Source of the DNA: Segetibacter koreensis
GTDB taxonomy: Bacteria; Bacteroidota; Bacteroidia; Chitinophagales; Chitinophagaceae
Direction of reading: 5' to 3'
DNA: 48,901 bases
Assembly (NCBI GenBank): GCA_044463445.1
Contig: JBIQMJ010000001.1
Coordinates: forward strand, 1-48,901
In this document: positions 28,463 to 37,648 of the stretch, in pieces
How the letters are laid out: each line of letters starts with the position of its first letter
Position numbering within the stretch: position 1 is the stretch's first letter
The notes under the pieces: model-generated
Seen by the model: only the letters and a program-made list of their open reading frames with translations
The model's database searches: none
What the model was told of the DNA's origin: nothing
Made by a program: the position numbers and the translations under genes

Positions 28463-28711
28463 AACTATAAATTTTCCGGTGCGATCTGCCAATAATGATT
28501 GTTTGAAAAAAACCATCGCTTTGAAATTGTTGTTGGAATTTGGTCAATGTTTACTTCTACTATTTTTCCTGCCGCTTTATAGTTTAACACTATTATTCTG
28601 ATAATTTTTCCAGGTAATTTTTTTTAACGGGTAAAATTCTACTAATATGCAATGGCAGCATTTGCTTTGCCCTGTTTAATTTCAAATAACTTTGATTAAA
28701 ACCGTTATTAA

Positions 28712-30781
28712 ATGAAAATAGGAAATTATGTTCTTGGTAAATGGATTGAAGGCGATGGAGATGGGCAACCCTTATACAATGCAGTGAACGGAGAAATAAT
28801 CGGAAATGCTACTACAGAAGGCCTGGATTTTGCTTCTATACTCGATTATGGAAGAACAACAGGAAGCCATGCTTTAAGAAAAATGACTTTCCAGGAAAGG
28901 GGAAGAATGTTGAAGGCGCTGGCGCTTCATCTCCTGCAAAAAAAAGAAAAATTTTATCTCATAAGCTATAAAACTGGCGCCACCCGCGCTGATAGCTGGA
29001 TTGACATAGAAGGCGGAATCGGAAACCTGTTTTCAAATGCTTCTTTACGAAGAAAACTTCCCAATGAAATTTTTGCTCTAGATGGAGAAAATATTGGCCT
29101 CAGCAAAGGCGGAACTTTTTCTGCCCAACACATTTTATTGCCGAAAGAAGGAGTTGCTTTACATATTAATGCATTTAATTTTCCGGTTTGGGGAATGTTG
29201 GAAAAAATTGCAGTAAACCTGTTGGCCGGAGTGGCAGCAGTAGTGAAGCCCGCTTCCATTACTTCTTTTTTGACCGAAGATGTGGTACGGGAAATAATCG
29301 CGTCAAAAATATTACCGGAAGGCGCTTTGCAATTACTTTGTGGAAGCGCCGGAGATATTCTTGATCATGTTGGCTCACAGGATGTGATCACTTTTACAGG
29401 CTCAGCTTCCACGGGTTTACTGCTAAAATCAAACTCAAATGTTCTCCGTGAAAATGTTCCTTTTAACCTGGAAGCCGATTCTTTAAATTGCATTGTTTTG
29501 GGCGACGACATTGATCCTGATATGCCCGAATGGGATATTTTTATAAAAGAAATAAGGAAGGAAATGACTTCCAAAGCCGGGCAAAAATGTACCGCCATTC
29601 GCAGGATTTTTATTCCGGAAAATAAAATGGAACAGGTATGGAAGGATTTAAGTAAATCATTATCGCAGGTAAGCATTGGCAATCCTGAAAATGAAAAGGT
29701 AATGATGGGAGCGCTTGCGGGTCTGTCTCAAAAAAAAGAAGTGATTGGCCAGGTTCAAAAATTATTAGCTTCTTCCCAAATCATTTATGGAAGCCTTGAC
29801 AGCGTAGAGGTGATTGATGCCGATGAGAAAAAAGGCGCTTTCCTCAGCCCGTTATTATTAAAAAATGAATGTCCTTTCTCTTCTGATGAAGCACATAATG
29901 TGGAAGCTTTCGGACCGGTAAGCACGATAATGCCTTACCAAAATATTGAGGAAGCGATTCAATTGGCAAAGTTGGGCAAAGGCAGTCTTTGCAGTTCTGT
30001 GGTGACAGTAAACCAACAATTTGCCAGGAATTTTATTTTGGGCTCGGGAACCTATCATGGAAGAATCCTGGTACTGAACCGGGATTGTTCAAAAGAAAGT
30101 ACGGGCCACGGATCGCCTTTGCCGATGCTCACTCATGGAGGTCCAGGCCGTGCCGGCGGGGGAGAAGAAATGGGGGGATTGCGCGGTATAAAACATTATA
30201 TGCAACGCATGGCGCTACAAGGTTCTCCGACCATGCTCACTGTGGTTTCTAATGTTTATCAGCCGGGCGCTAAAGCAAATACCCGCACCATTCATCCTTT
30301 TAAAAAATATTTTGAAGAATTGCAAATTGGCGATCAACTGATCACAAAAAAAAGAATGATCACGTCAGAAGATATTGACCAATTCGCTGATCTGAGCGGT
30401 GATCATTTTTATGCGCATTGCAACTCCACCGATTTTGCGGATACCATGTTTGATGAAAAGGTGGCTCATGGCTATTTTATCATAAGCGCTGCGGCTGGCC
30501 TGTTTGTTGATAGTTATGAAAAAAATCCGGTATTGCTCAATTATGGAATTGAGGAATTACGTTTTACAAAACCTGTTTATCCGGGAACGGCGATTTATAT
30601 TAAACTGACCTGCAAAGAAAAAATTGAACAGGAATTAAAAGAAATTACTCCTGAAACAAAAAATGTAAAGGGAATCGACATTCCCAAAGGAATTGTAAAA
30701 TGGTATGTAGAAATTATGGATGATACAGATGAAATTACAGGGGTAGCAACAATATTAACGATGGTCAGAAAGAAATATTAA
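28712..30781 (+). CDS. paaZ: bifunctional aldehyde dehydrogenase/MaoC hydratase PaaZ
   Basis: HINAFNFPVWGMLEK, EADSLN, KAGQKCTAIRR, GHGSPLP, C-terminal SGDHFYAH; TAACTTTG -7 element at 28687-28694. Confidence 0.92.
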   Translation: MKIGNYVLGKWIEGDGDGQPLYNAVNGEIIGNATTEGLDFASILDYGRTTGSHALRKMTFQERGRMLKALALHLLQKKEKFYLISYKTGATRADSWIDIEGGIGNLFSNASLRRKLPNEIFALDGENIGLSKGGTFSAQHILLPKEGVALHINAFNFPVWGMLEKIAVNLLAGVAAVVKPASITSFLTEDVVREIIASKILPEGALQLLCGSAGDILDHVGSQDVITFTGSASTGLLLKSNSNVLRENVPFNLEADSLNCIVLGDDIDPDMPEWDIFIKEIRKEMTSKAGQKCTAIRRIFIPENKMEQVWKDLSKSLSQVSIGNPENEKVMMGALAGLSQKKEVIGQVQKLLASSQIIYGSLDSVEVIDADEKKGAFLSPLLLKNECPFSSDEAHNVEAFGPVSTIMPYQNIEEAIQLAKLGKGSLCSSVVTVNQQFARNFILGSGTYHGRILVLNRDCSKESTGHGSPLPMLTHGGPGRAGGGEEMGGLRGIKHYMQRMALQGSPTMLTVVSNVYQPGAKANTRTIHPFKKYFEELQIGDQLITKKRMITSEDIDQFADLSGDHFYAHCNSTDFADTMFDEKVAHGYFIISAAAGLFVDSYEKNPVLLNYGIEELRFTKPVYPGTAIYIKLTCKEKIEQELKEITPETKNVKGIDIPKGIVKWYVEIMDDTDEITGVATILTMVRKKY

Positions 30782-31112
30782 ATTTACGTTATGGAGATAA
30801 AGAATGTAAAGCAACTTCTGAAAAAATAATTTTATATTCAAAATATTATCATACCGCTGAAGAATTTTTATTCAAAAAAAATAGAAGCAAATAAAAAATG
30901 TCAGAAATAGAGTAGCCCATAATTATGTGAATATTGATAGCTTGATTGTGTTTTCAATAATTAAAAATGATCTGTCTTTTTTGGTATCACAAATAAGCCA
31001 ATGTATTAAAGAACAAATTCAAAATAATATTTTTAGTGAGAATGAATTAGAAATATCAAAAGGAAGCCTTTTTTATCAGCACATAAACTTTTCACTTTTA
31101 CAATAAGTTTTT

Positions 31113-31898
31113 ATGATAGACGCATTAAAAGATGGTTTCGTTACTTCCCACACAGAGCACGGAATTACAACCATTGAATTTTTTCACCCACAAGGAAATT
31201 CTTTGCCAGGCAGGCTTTTGAGCGCTTTAGCCCAGGAAATCCATTATGCAGGAACTCATGATACCAAGGTGGTGATTCTAAAAAGTGGTGGTGACGGTGC
31301 CTTCTGCGGAGGAGCCAGTTTTGATGAACTGATCGCAGTAACGAATGAAAAAGAAGGAATGGAATTCTTTTCAGGATTCGCCAATGTGATCAATGCAATG
31401 AGAAAATGCACTAAATTCATAATAGGACGAATACATGGAAAATGCGTAGGCGGCGGTGTCGGCCTTGCTGCAGCGGTGGATTATGCTATTGCTGTAAAAG
31501 AATCCGAAGTGAAACTGAGTGAATTATCCCTTGGTATCGGGCCTTTTGTAGTAGGTCCCGCAATTGAAAGAAAAATTGGAACTTCCGCCTTTGGCCAGCT
31601 TTCCATTGATGCTACTCTTTGGAGAAATGCAGATTGGGCAAAACACAAAGGACTTTTTGCAGAAGTGCACCAGTCAGTTCAAAACATGGATGAAGCAGTG
31701 TACCGGCTGGCAGAATCTTTAGGGCATTCGAACCCGCAGGCAATGGCAGAAATGAAAAAAATGTTTTGGAGTGGAACCGAAAATTGGGATTCCCTTTTAA
31801 AAGAAAGGGCTGCCATAAGCGGCCGTTTGATTTTAAGTGATTTCACCAAAAATGCCATTGAGAATTTTAAAAAAAGAACCAGGAGATCAGCGGAATGA
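31113..31898 (+). CDS. enoyl-CoA hydratase/isomerase family protein
   Basis: AFCGGASF, GKCVGGGVGL, LSELSLGIGP. Confidence 0.9.
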   Translation: MIDALKDGFVTSHTEHGITTIEFFHPQGNSLPGRLLSALAQEIHYAGTHDTKVVILKSGGDGAFCGGASFDELIAVTNEKEGMEFFSGFANVINAMRKCTKFIIGRIHGKCVGGGVGLAAAVDYAIAVKESEVKLSELSLGIGPFVVGPAIERKIGTSAFGQLSIDATLWRNADWAKHKGLFAEVHQSVQNMDEAVYRLAESLGHSNPQAMAEMKKMFWSGTENWDSLLKERAAISGRLILSDFTKNAIENFKKRTRRSAE

Positions 31899-31935
31899 TT
31901 TTTTTTAATAAATTTTTAATCTAAAAAATACAATT

Positions 31936-32781
31936 ATGCAATGGCAGGGAAGAAGAGAAAGCAGTAATGTAGAAGACCGCCGTGGCATTTCAGGAGGAGG
32001 GCTGGCGATAGGCGGAGGAGTGATTGGGGTAATATTTATTCTTGCTAAATTTTTATTGGGTGGAGGTGATCTCAATGACCTTCAGCAATTGGTGCCTCCA
32101 CAACAACAGGAAATGACACAGGAACAAAAGGCAGCCCAGGATCAGGAAGCTTCCTTTGTAAAAGTGGTGCTCGCGGATACAGAAGACGTGTGGTCCAAAT
32201 TGTTTTCAGAAATGGGAAGAACTTATACTGATCCAACTTTAGTGCTTTTCAACGGGGTGACCACTTCAGGATGTGGAAATGCAAGCGCTCAAACAGGTCC
32301 CTTCTATTGTCCCGCTGATGGAAATCTTTATATTGACCTTTCTTTTGCACAACAACTCAGGGATCAATTTGGCGCTTCCGGCGAGTTTGCTATGGCTTAT
32401 GTGGTGGCGCATGAAGTAGGGCACCATGTCCAGGATTTGTTAGGCGTAACCCAAAAAATGGAACGGCTCCGGCAACAGGTAAGCGAAACCCAATACAATA
32501 AATATTCAGTCCGCCTTGAATTACAGGCCGATTTTTATGCAGGCGTTTGGGCACATTATGATCAGAAAATGAAAAATGTAATTAAACCCGAAGATATACA
32601 GGAAGCTTTAACGGCCGCCAATGCCATCGGGGATGACCGTTTGCAGCAGGAATATCAGGGGACTGTTACACCCGATTCTTTTACGCACGGAACCTCTGCC
32701 CAAAGAATGTACTGGTTCAAGAAAGGATATGAAACAGGAGACCTGAACCAGGGAAATACTTTTGCTTCAGATATCGAATAG
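31936..32781 (+). CDS. YpfJ-like neutral zinc metallopeptidase
   Basis: RESSNVEDRR, GPFYCPAD, AHEVGHHVQ, ELQAD, FTHGTS. Confidence 0.93.
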   Translation: MQWQGRRESSNVEDRRGISGGGLAIGGGVIGVIFILAKFLLGGGDLNDLQQLVPPQQQEMTQEQKAAQDQEASFVKVVLADTEDVWSKLFSEMGRTYTDPTLVLFNGVTTSGCGNASAQTGPFYCPADGNLYIDLSFAQQLRDQFGASGEFAMAYVVAHEVGHHVQDLLGVTQKMERLRQQVSETQYNKYSVRLELQADFYAGVWAHYDQKMKNVIKPEDIQEALTAANAIGDDRLQQEYQGTVTPDSFTHGTSAQRMYWFKKGYETGDLNQGNTFASDIE

Positions 32782-32791
32782 AAAAATTTTT

Positions 32792-33532
32792 CTAATTTTT
32801 ATGACCATACAAATGCTGGCAATTCGTGCAAAAAAAACTTCGCCGGTTGGTTTTTCCCAAATATTTTTTTTCAAAAGACAGGTTGCATTTCAGGCAAATT
32901 TTTTTAGTGTGCACCAGCCAGTGTTTTTTTAAAACAAATTGTTTTTTCCAATTCAGGAATTCAAAACTGTAATCCCTGGCTTCCTTAATTAATTCATTGA
33001 TCTTTTTTGGAGGCAGATCGCCAACTTTTGTTTCAGGATGCACATGAATTCTATAAAGTACTTCATTCTTTATAATATTTCCCACACCGGCAAAAATATG
33101 TTGGTCTAACAATGCATCACAAACCATCATCTCTGGTTTTGATTTCAATTTCTTCTTCGCTTTCTCAGGATTCCATAATGGATTCATTACATCGCTGCTC
33201 CAATCATAAACTTCATTCACGTTTTCTTCAATAAATTTCATTGAACAGGCATAAAAATTTAACTCGCCATCTTCAAAAATCAATTGTAGCCTGGGTACGG
33301 ATTCTTTCCTATCATTCACCCTGTAACTCCCAAACAACATAAAATGAATTCTTACGGTAAGATCTTTAAAAGAAATTAAAAAATGTTTACCCCAGCTTTT
33401 AAAATCAATTACTTTTTTACCGGATAATCTTTGTAGGTCCAGCTTGCTATTCCCCTCTGCTTTTAAAATTTTTTTTCCTTTAAAAGACCGGACTTCTTCT
33501 TTCAATATTACTATGGTAGGCCCTTCGGGCAT
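32792..33532 (-). CDS. Fpg/Nei family DNA glycosylase
   Basis: N-terminal PEGP, GKH, LLDQ.IFAGVGNI H2TH motif, CxxC...CxxCQ zinc finger. Confidence 0.92.
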   Translation of the reverse strand: MPEGPTIVILKEEVRSFKGKKILKAEGNSKLDLQRLSGKKVIDFKSWGKHFLISFKDLTVRIHFMLFGSYRVNDRKESVPRLQLIFEDGELNFYACSMKFIEENVNEVYDWSSDVMNPLWNPEKAKKKLKSKPEMMVCDALLDQHIFAGVGNIIKNEVLYRIHVHPETKVGDLPPKKINELIKEARDYSFEFLNWKKQFVLKKHWLVHTKKICLKCNLSFEKKYLGKTNRRSFFCTNCQHLYGHKN

Positions 33533-33666
33533 TGATCTGATTTTTTCTTTTTATTTCAAAAGTTGCACCAATTCCGGATTTCAATTTCTAGATAAGAATT
33601 CGCATTATTTATTTGTTCACTATACTATTCTTTTAAGGAAATTTACATGATTGAAAAATTTTTTCC

Positions 33667-34248
33667 ATGAACAAATCTATCCAACCGGTTTATTTTAAAA
33701 CTACCGGTGATTTCAGAAAGTGGTTGAACCGAAATTATGATAAAGCAGCCGAATTATTGGTAGGTTTTTACAAGGTAAAAAGTAACCAACAAAGCATCAC
33801 CTGGAGCGAATCGGTTGACCAGGCTCTTTGTTTTGGCTGGATAGATGGCGTAAGAAGATCAATTGATGGAGAACGATATTGCATCCGGTTCACTCCAAGA
33901 AAAGCCACAAGCACCTGGAGCGCTATAAATATTAATAAGGTAAAAGATCTGAGCGCAAGAGGCTTAATGCACCCGGCAGGAATAAGCGCTTTTGAAAAAA
34001 GGAAAGAAAATAAATCCCGTATTTATTCCTACGAAAAGGAAACGGTTACGCTTCCTGACAAATTAGAAAATATTTTCAAATCCAATAAAAAGGCCTGGCA
34101 ATTTTTTTCCAAAATGCCGGCGTCTTATAAGCGTCCCGCAATTCACTGGGTAATGTCTGCCAAAAGGGAAGATACCCGGCAAAAGAGATTCAATGAATTA
34201 GTCACTGACAGCGAAAAGGAGAAAAAAATAAAAATATTAAGCTATTAA
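33667..34248 (+). CDS. YdeI/OmpD-associated family protein
   Basis: ALCFGWIDG, RFTPR, SAKREDTR. Confidence 0.9.
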   Translation: MNKSIQPVYFKTTGDFRKWLNRNYDKAAELLVGFYKVKSNQQSITWSESVDQALCFGWIDGVRRSIDGERYCIRFTPRKATSTWSAININKVKDLSARGLMHPAGISAFEKRKENKSRIYSYEKETVTLPDKLENIFKSNKKAWQFFSKMPASYKRPAIHWVMSAKREDTRQKRFNELVTDSEKEKKIKILSY

Positions 34249-35439
34249 ATGATTTACAATACCATTATAATCGGACGTGGATTAATCGGGAGCGCCACTG
34301 CTAAATATATAAGCCGGTCGCAAAAAAATGTTGCATTGATAGGACCGGATGAGGCAACAACCGCTAAAGAGAAAATTGTTTTTGCAAGCCATTACGACCA
34401 GGCAAGAATTCAAGGCATTGTGGGCAAGGATGCCGTCACAACGATGCTTAACCAGCAATCTGCCAATGAATACGTTTCTCTTGAAAAGGAAACCGGGATT
34501 CTCTTTCACACAAAAGAAGGCTGCCTCACTGTTTTTCCGGAATATGCAATTGAATATTTTGACAATTTTAAATACCTGGCAAAAAAATTTGACGTAAAAA
34601 TCTCTTTTTTTGAAAACGGAGATTCTCTTAAAAAATGCAATGCTTATTTTAATTTTCCTTCTTTGTCCAAAGGTGTTTATGAACATTCTCCCGCCGGCCA
34701 TATTAATCCACGGCTCCTGATCCAGGCACAGGAAAAAGTGTTTAAAAAAAATACTGGTGAAATTTTTAATAAGACCGTGAAAGAAATTTACCGGGAAAAG
34801 GAACTTCAAAAAGTCACCACTTTTGATGGACAAACTTTTTACGCAAAAAAAATTATAATAGCAGCGGGAGCCTTTAGCAATTTTTTTAATCTGCTTAAAC
34901 AAAAGATGGTTCTAAAATTAAAAAGCGAATCAACGATTTGGTTGAAAGTAAATGAAAGTGAAGCCCTCCGTTTGCAATCTCTTCCTTCGCTTTTATATAA
35001 AATTAACGAGCCCGAAGTGCAGGATATTTATTTAATTCAACCCGTAAAATACCCCGATGGAAATTTTTACCTTAAAATAGGGGCGAACATTCCGGAAGAT
35101 ACTTACTTTACCAATCTGACAGAAATACAGCAATGGTTTAAATATAAAAGAGAAATTAACATTTCTCCCTTACGTAACGCCTTACAACTAATTCTTCCTG
35201 GCCTTTCCGTTTCTGATTGTTTTGAAAAGCGGTGCATCGTTTGCTATACTTTACATGGCAAGCCTTATATAGGGCCAATTGAAGATAAAAGTTTGTATAT
35301 CGCTGCTGGCGGTAACGGTTATGCGGCCATGAGCAGCGATGCTTTGGGCAAAATAGCAGCGACTGTTTTAATGGAAAATGTTTTTCCTAATGGCTTTTTT
35401 GAAGAAGATTTTAAGCCGGTTTTTGAAAAAGGATTTTAA
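34249..35439 (+). CDS. FAD-dependent oxidoreductase (sarcosine oxidase/DAO-like)
   Basis: IIGRGLIGSA Rossmann motif, AAGA, PYIG, GGNGYAA. Confidence 0.8.
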   Translation: MIYNTIIIGRGLIGSATAKYISRSQKNVALIGPDEATTAKEKIVFASHYDQARIQGIVGKDAVTTMLNQQSANEYVSLEKETGILFHTKEGCLTVFPEYAIEYFDNFKYLAKKFDVKISFFENGDSLKKCNAYFNFPSLSKGVYEHSPAGHINPRLLIQAQEKVFKKNTGEIFNKTVKEIYREKELQKVTTFDGQTFYAKKIIIAAGAFSNFFNLLKQKMVLKLKSESTIWLKVNESEALRLQSLPSLLYKINEPEVQDIYLIQPVKYPDGNFYLKIGANIPEDTYFTNLTEIQQWFKYKREINISPLRNALQLILPGLSVSDCFEKRCIVCYTLHGKPYIGPIEDKSLYIAAGGNGYAAMSSDALGKIAATVLMENVFPNGFFEEDFKPVFEKGF

Positions 35440-35496
35440 TTTTTAACTCATCCATTTCTTCGGTACACGATTTGACTATAAAAATAAATTTAATTA

Positions 35497-36975
35497 ATGC
35501 CACAAGGAACCATGCTCCAATATTTTCACTGGTATCTTCCTAACAACGGAAGTCTGTGGAAACAAATAAAATCTGAAGCGGCCCGCTTAAGGGAAATCGG
35601 TTTCACTTCCATTTGGTTTCCTCCGGCTTATAAAGGTGCTAACGGCGGCTACAGTGAAGGATACAATCCATACGATCTTTATGATCTCGGTGAATTTGAC
35701 CAAAAAGGTTCGGTCAGAACCAAGTATGGAACAAGGAATGAATACCTGGAGGCGATTGATGCTGTACACGCCGCTGGAATGCAGGTGATTGTTGATATTG
35801 TACTCAATCACAAAGCCGGCGGCGATGAAATTGAAAGAGTTCCCGTTGTAAAAGTAGATCCCGACGATCGCACAAAAAATATTTCTGAACCCATAGAAAT
35901 TGATGCTTTCACCAAGTTTACCTTTCCGGGAAGAAATAAAAAGTACACCAATTTTGAATGGAACTTTATGTGTTTCACAGGGGTAGATTATGCTCATAAT
36001 ACAGGAGAAAAAGCTATTTATAAAATCCTAAACGGATATGGCGATTCGTGGCAGGATCTGATAACAGACGAAAAAGGAAATTATGATTATCTCATGTACA
36101 ATGATATTGATTTTAGGAATCCTGCCGTAAAGGAACACCTTATCAATTGGGCAAAGTGGTATTGGTACCAGCGTAATTTTGACGGAGTAAGACTGGATGC
36201 AATAAAACATATTCCTACATGGTTTTATAAAGACTGGTTAAAAGAAATTCGTGAATATACCCAAAAAGAAATTTTTACGGTTGGGGAATACTGGGCTCCT
36301 CATTCACTCGATCTTCTGCTAAAATATATCGATGAAACCGATCATGGAATGAGCCTTTTTGATTGTTGCCTTCAAAATAATTTTCATCATGCATCCCGAG
36401 CTGGCAGGCATTATGATATGCGAAAAATTTTTGACAATACCTTATTAAAAGTTCATCCTGAAAAAGCGGTAACGATTGTCTCCAACCATGACACGCAGCC
36501 ACTCCAATCCCTTGAAGCCCCGGTAGAAGCGTGGTTCAAACCAATTGCCTATTCTTTAATTCTCTTGCGTTTTGAGGGTTATCCCTGTATTTTTTACCCG
36601 GATATTTATGGGGCGCACTACCGGGATACCGGCGAAGATGGTAATGAATACGAGATATGGCTCTCAAAAGTAGAGGAATTGGAAATGCTGATGCAGGCAC
36701 GGCACAACAATGCCTTTGGACCAACACGCGATTACTTTAATCACAAAAACTGTATCGGTTGGATAAGGGAAGGAGACGACCAACATGTGGGGTGCGCCGT
36801 ATTGTTATCAAATGGTGAACATGGCTATAAAAATATGGAAATAGGAAAACGGTATGCAGGAAAAATTTTTATTGATCTTTTGCATAAAAGAAAAGAAGAA
36901 ATAAAAATAAACAAAGACGGTTGGGGTAAGTTTTTATGCAACGGGGGTTCCGTTTCTGTCTGGGTTCAAAAATAA
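35497..36975 (+). CDS. amyA: cytoplasmic alpha-amylase (GH13_5)
   Basis: TMLQYFHWY, YDLYDLGEFDQKGSVRTKYG, RLDAIKH, GEYW, NHDTQP; no signal peptide. Confidence 0.93.
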   Translation: MPQGTMLQYFHWYLPNNGSLWKQIKSEAARLREIGFTSIWFPPAYKGANGGYSEGYNPYDLYDLGEFDQKGSVRTKYGTRNEYLEAIDAVHAAGMQVIVDIVLNHKAGGDEIERVPVVKVDPDDRTKNISEPIEIDAFTKFTFPGRNKKYTNFEWNFMCFTGVDYAHNTGEKAIYKILNGYGDSWQDLITDEKGNYDYLMYNDIDFRNPAVKEHLINWAKWYWYQRNFDGVRLDAIKHIPTWFYKDWLKEIREYTQKEIFTVGEYWAPHSLDLLLKYIDETDHGMSLFDCCLQNNFHHASRAGRHYDMRKIFDNTLLKVHPEKAVTIVSNHDTQPLQSLEAPVEAWFKPIAYSLILLRFEGYPCIFYPDIYGAHYRDTGEDGNEYEIWLSKVEELEMLMQARHNNAFGPTRDYFNHKNCIGWIREGDDQHVGCAVLLSNGEHGYKNMEIGKRYAGKIFIDLLHKRKEEIKINKDGWGKFLCNGGSVSVWVQK

Positions 36976-37033
36976 CAGTAGGAGTAAACGAAGTTTTAAA
37001 ACCATTTTTTGTTTTTATCCAAATAGAAAATGG

Positions 37034-37540
37034 CTACTTCTTTTTATAAATCGGAACCGTGCTGCAAGGCTCGCCGTACATAATGCTTTTAACTACAGGA
37101 CGAAGAATTTTTGTGATCTCCACATAGGCAATTTCAGGAATTGACTTGTCTCCGCAGCCTTTTACTACCACTTTTTTATCTTCGAATTCTTTGGGATCCA
37201 CTTGCTCCAGATTTTTTAAAAACAAAAATTTAAACACTTCTTCTGAGTTGCCAAATTGAATGTCTTTTGCAAAGGGCTGCAAATACGTTACCGCCAACAT
37301 ATACGCCCAAAGAGGAATAATGGCATCCGCAGAGCAGGTAAGTGCAACCACTTTATTTTCATAAATTTTCCAGTCAAGATTTTTCAAGGTGTCCCGATAT
37401 TCCTTTTCTTTTAAAATCAATTCCATGTACAAATAATCCTTTACATCAAAAGTTATTATTTCTTCTGCAGGATAAAATTTTTCCAGGTCAAAAGTTACCA
37501 AGGCGCTCTGAGCCACTTTATTTATTATGACATCTTCCAT
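37034..37540 (-). CDS. DUF2480 family protein
   Basis: IINKVA.S.L.TFDLE, DAIIP.WAYML, SIMYGEPCSTVP. Confidence 0.85.
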   Translation of the reverse strand: MEDVIINKVAQSALVTFDLEKFYPAEEIITFDVKDYLYMELILKEKEYRDTLKNLDWKIYENKVVALTCSADAIIPLWAYMLAVTYLQPFAKDIQFGNSEEVFKFLFLKNLEQVDPKEFEDKKVVVKGCGDKSIPEIAYVEITKILRPVVKSIMYGEPCSTVPIYKKK

Positions 37541-37598
37541 TAATTTGTATTTGAGTAAAGTTACAAAATCCTTTTCTGGCGCTTGCCAACTTTCATGT

Positions 37599-37630
37599 AA
37601 AAAAAACCACCGTTTTCTAACAGTGGCTTT
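37599..37630 (-). terminator. intrinsic terminator of ppiD
   Basis: Minus strand AAAGCCACTGTT-AGAA-AACGGTGGTTTT followed by a T run. Confidence 0.7.
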
Positions 37631-37648
37631 TCCAGATCTTTTTATATT

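Noticed and set aside
30782-31112. Possible sRNA or pseudogene in the AT-rich gap after paaZ
   Set aside because: No convincing hairpin, ORF or motif visible
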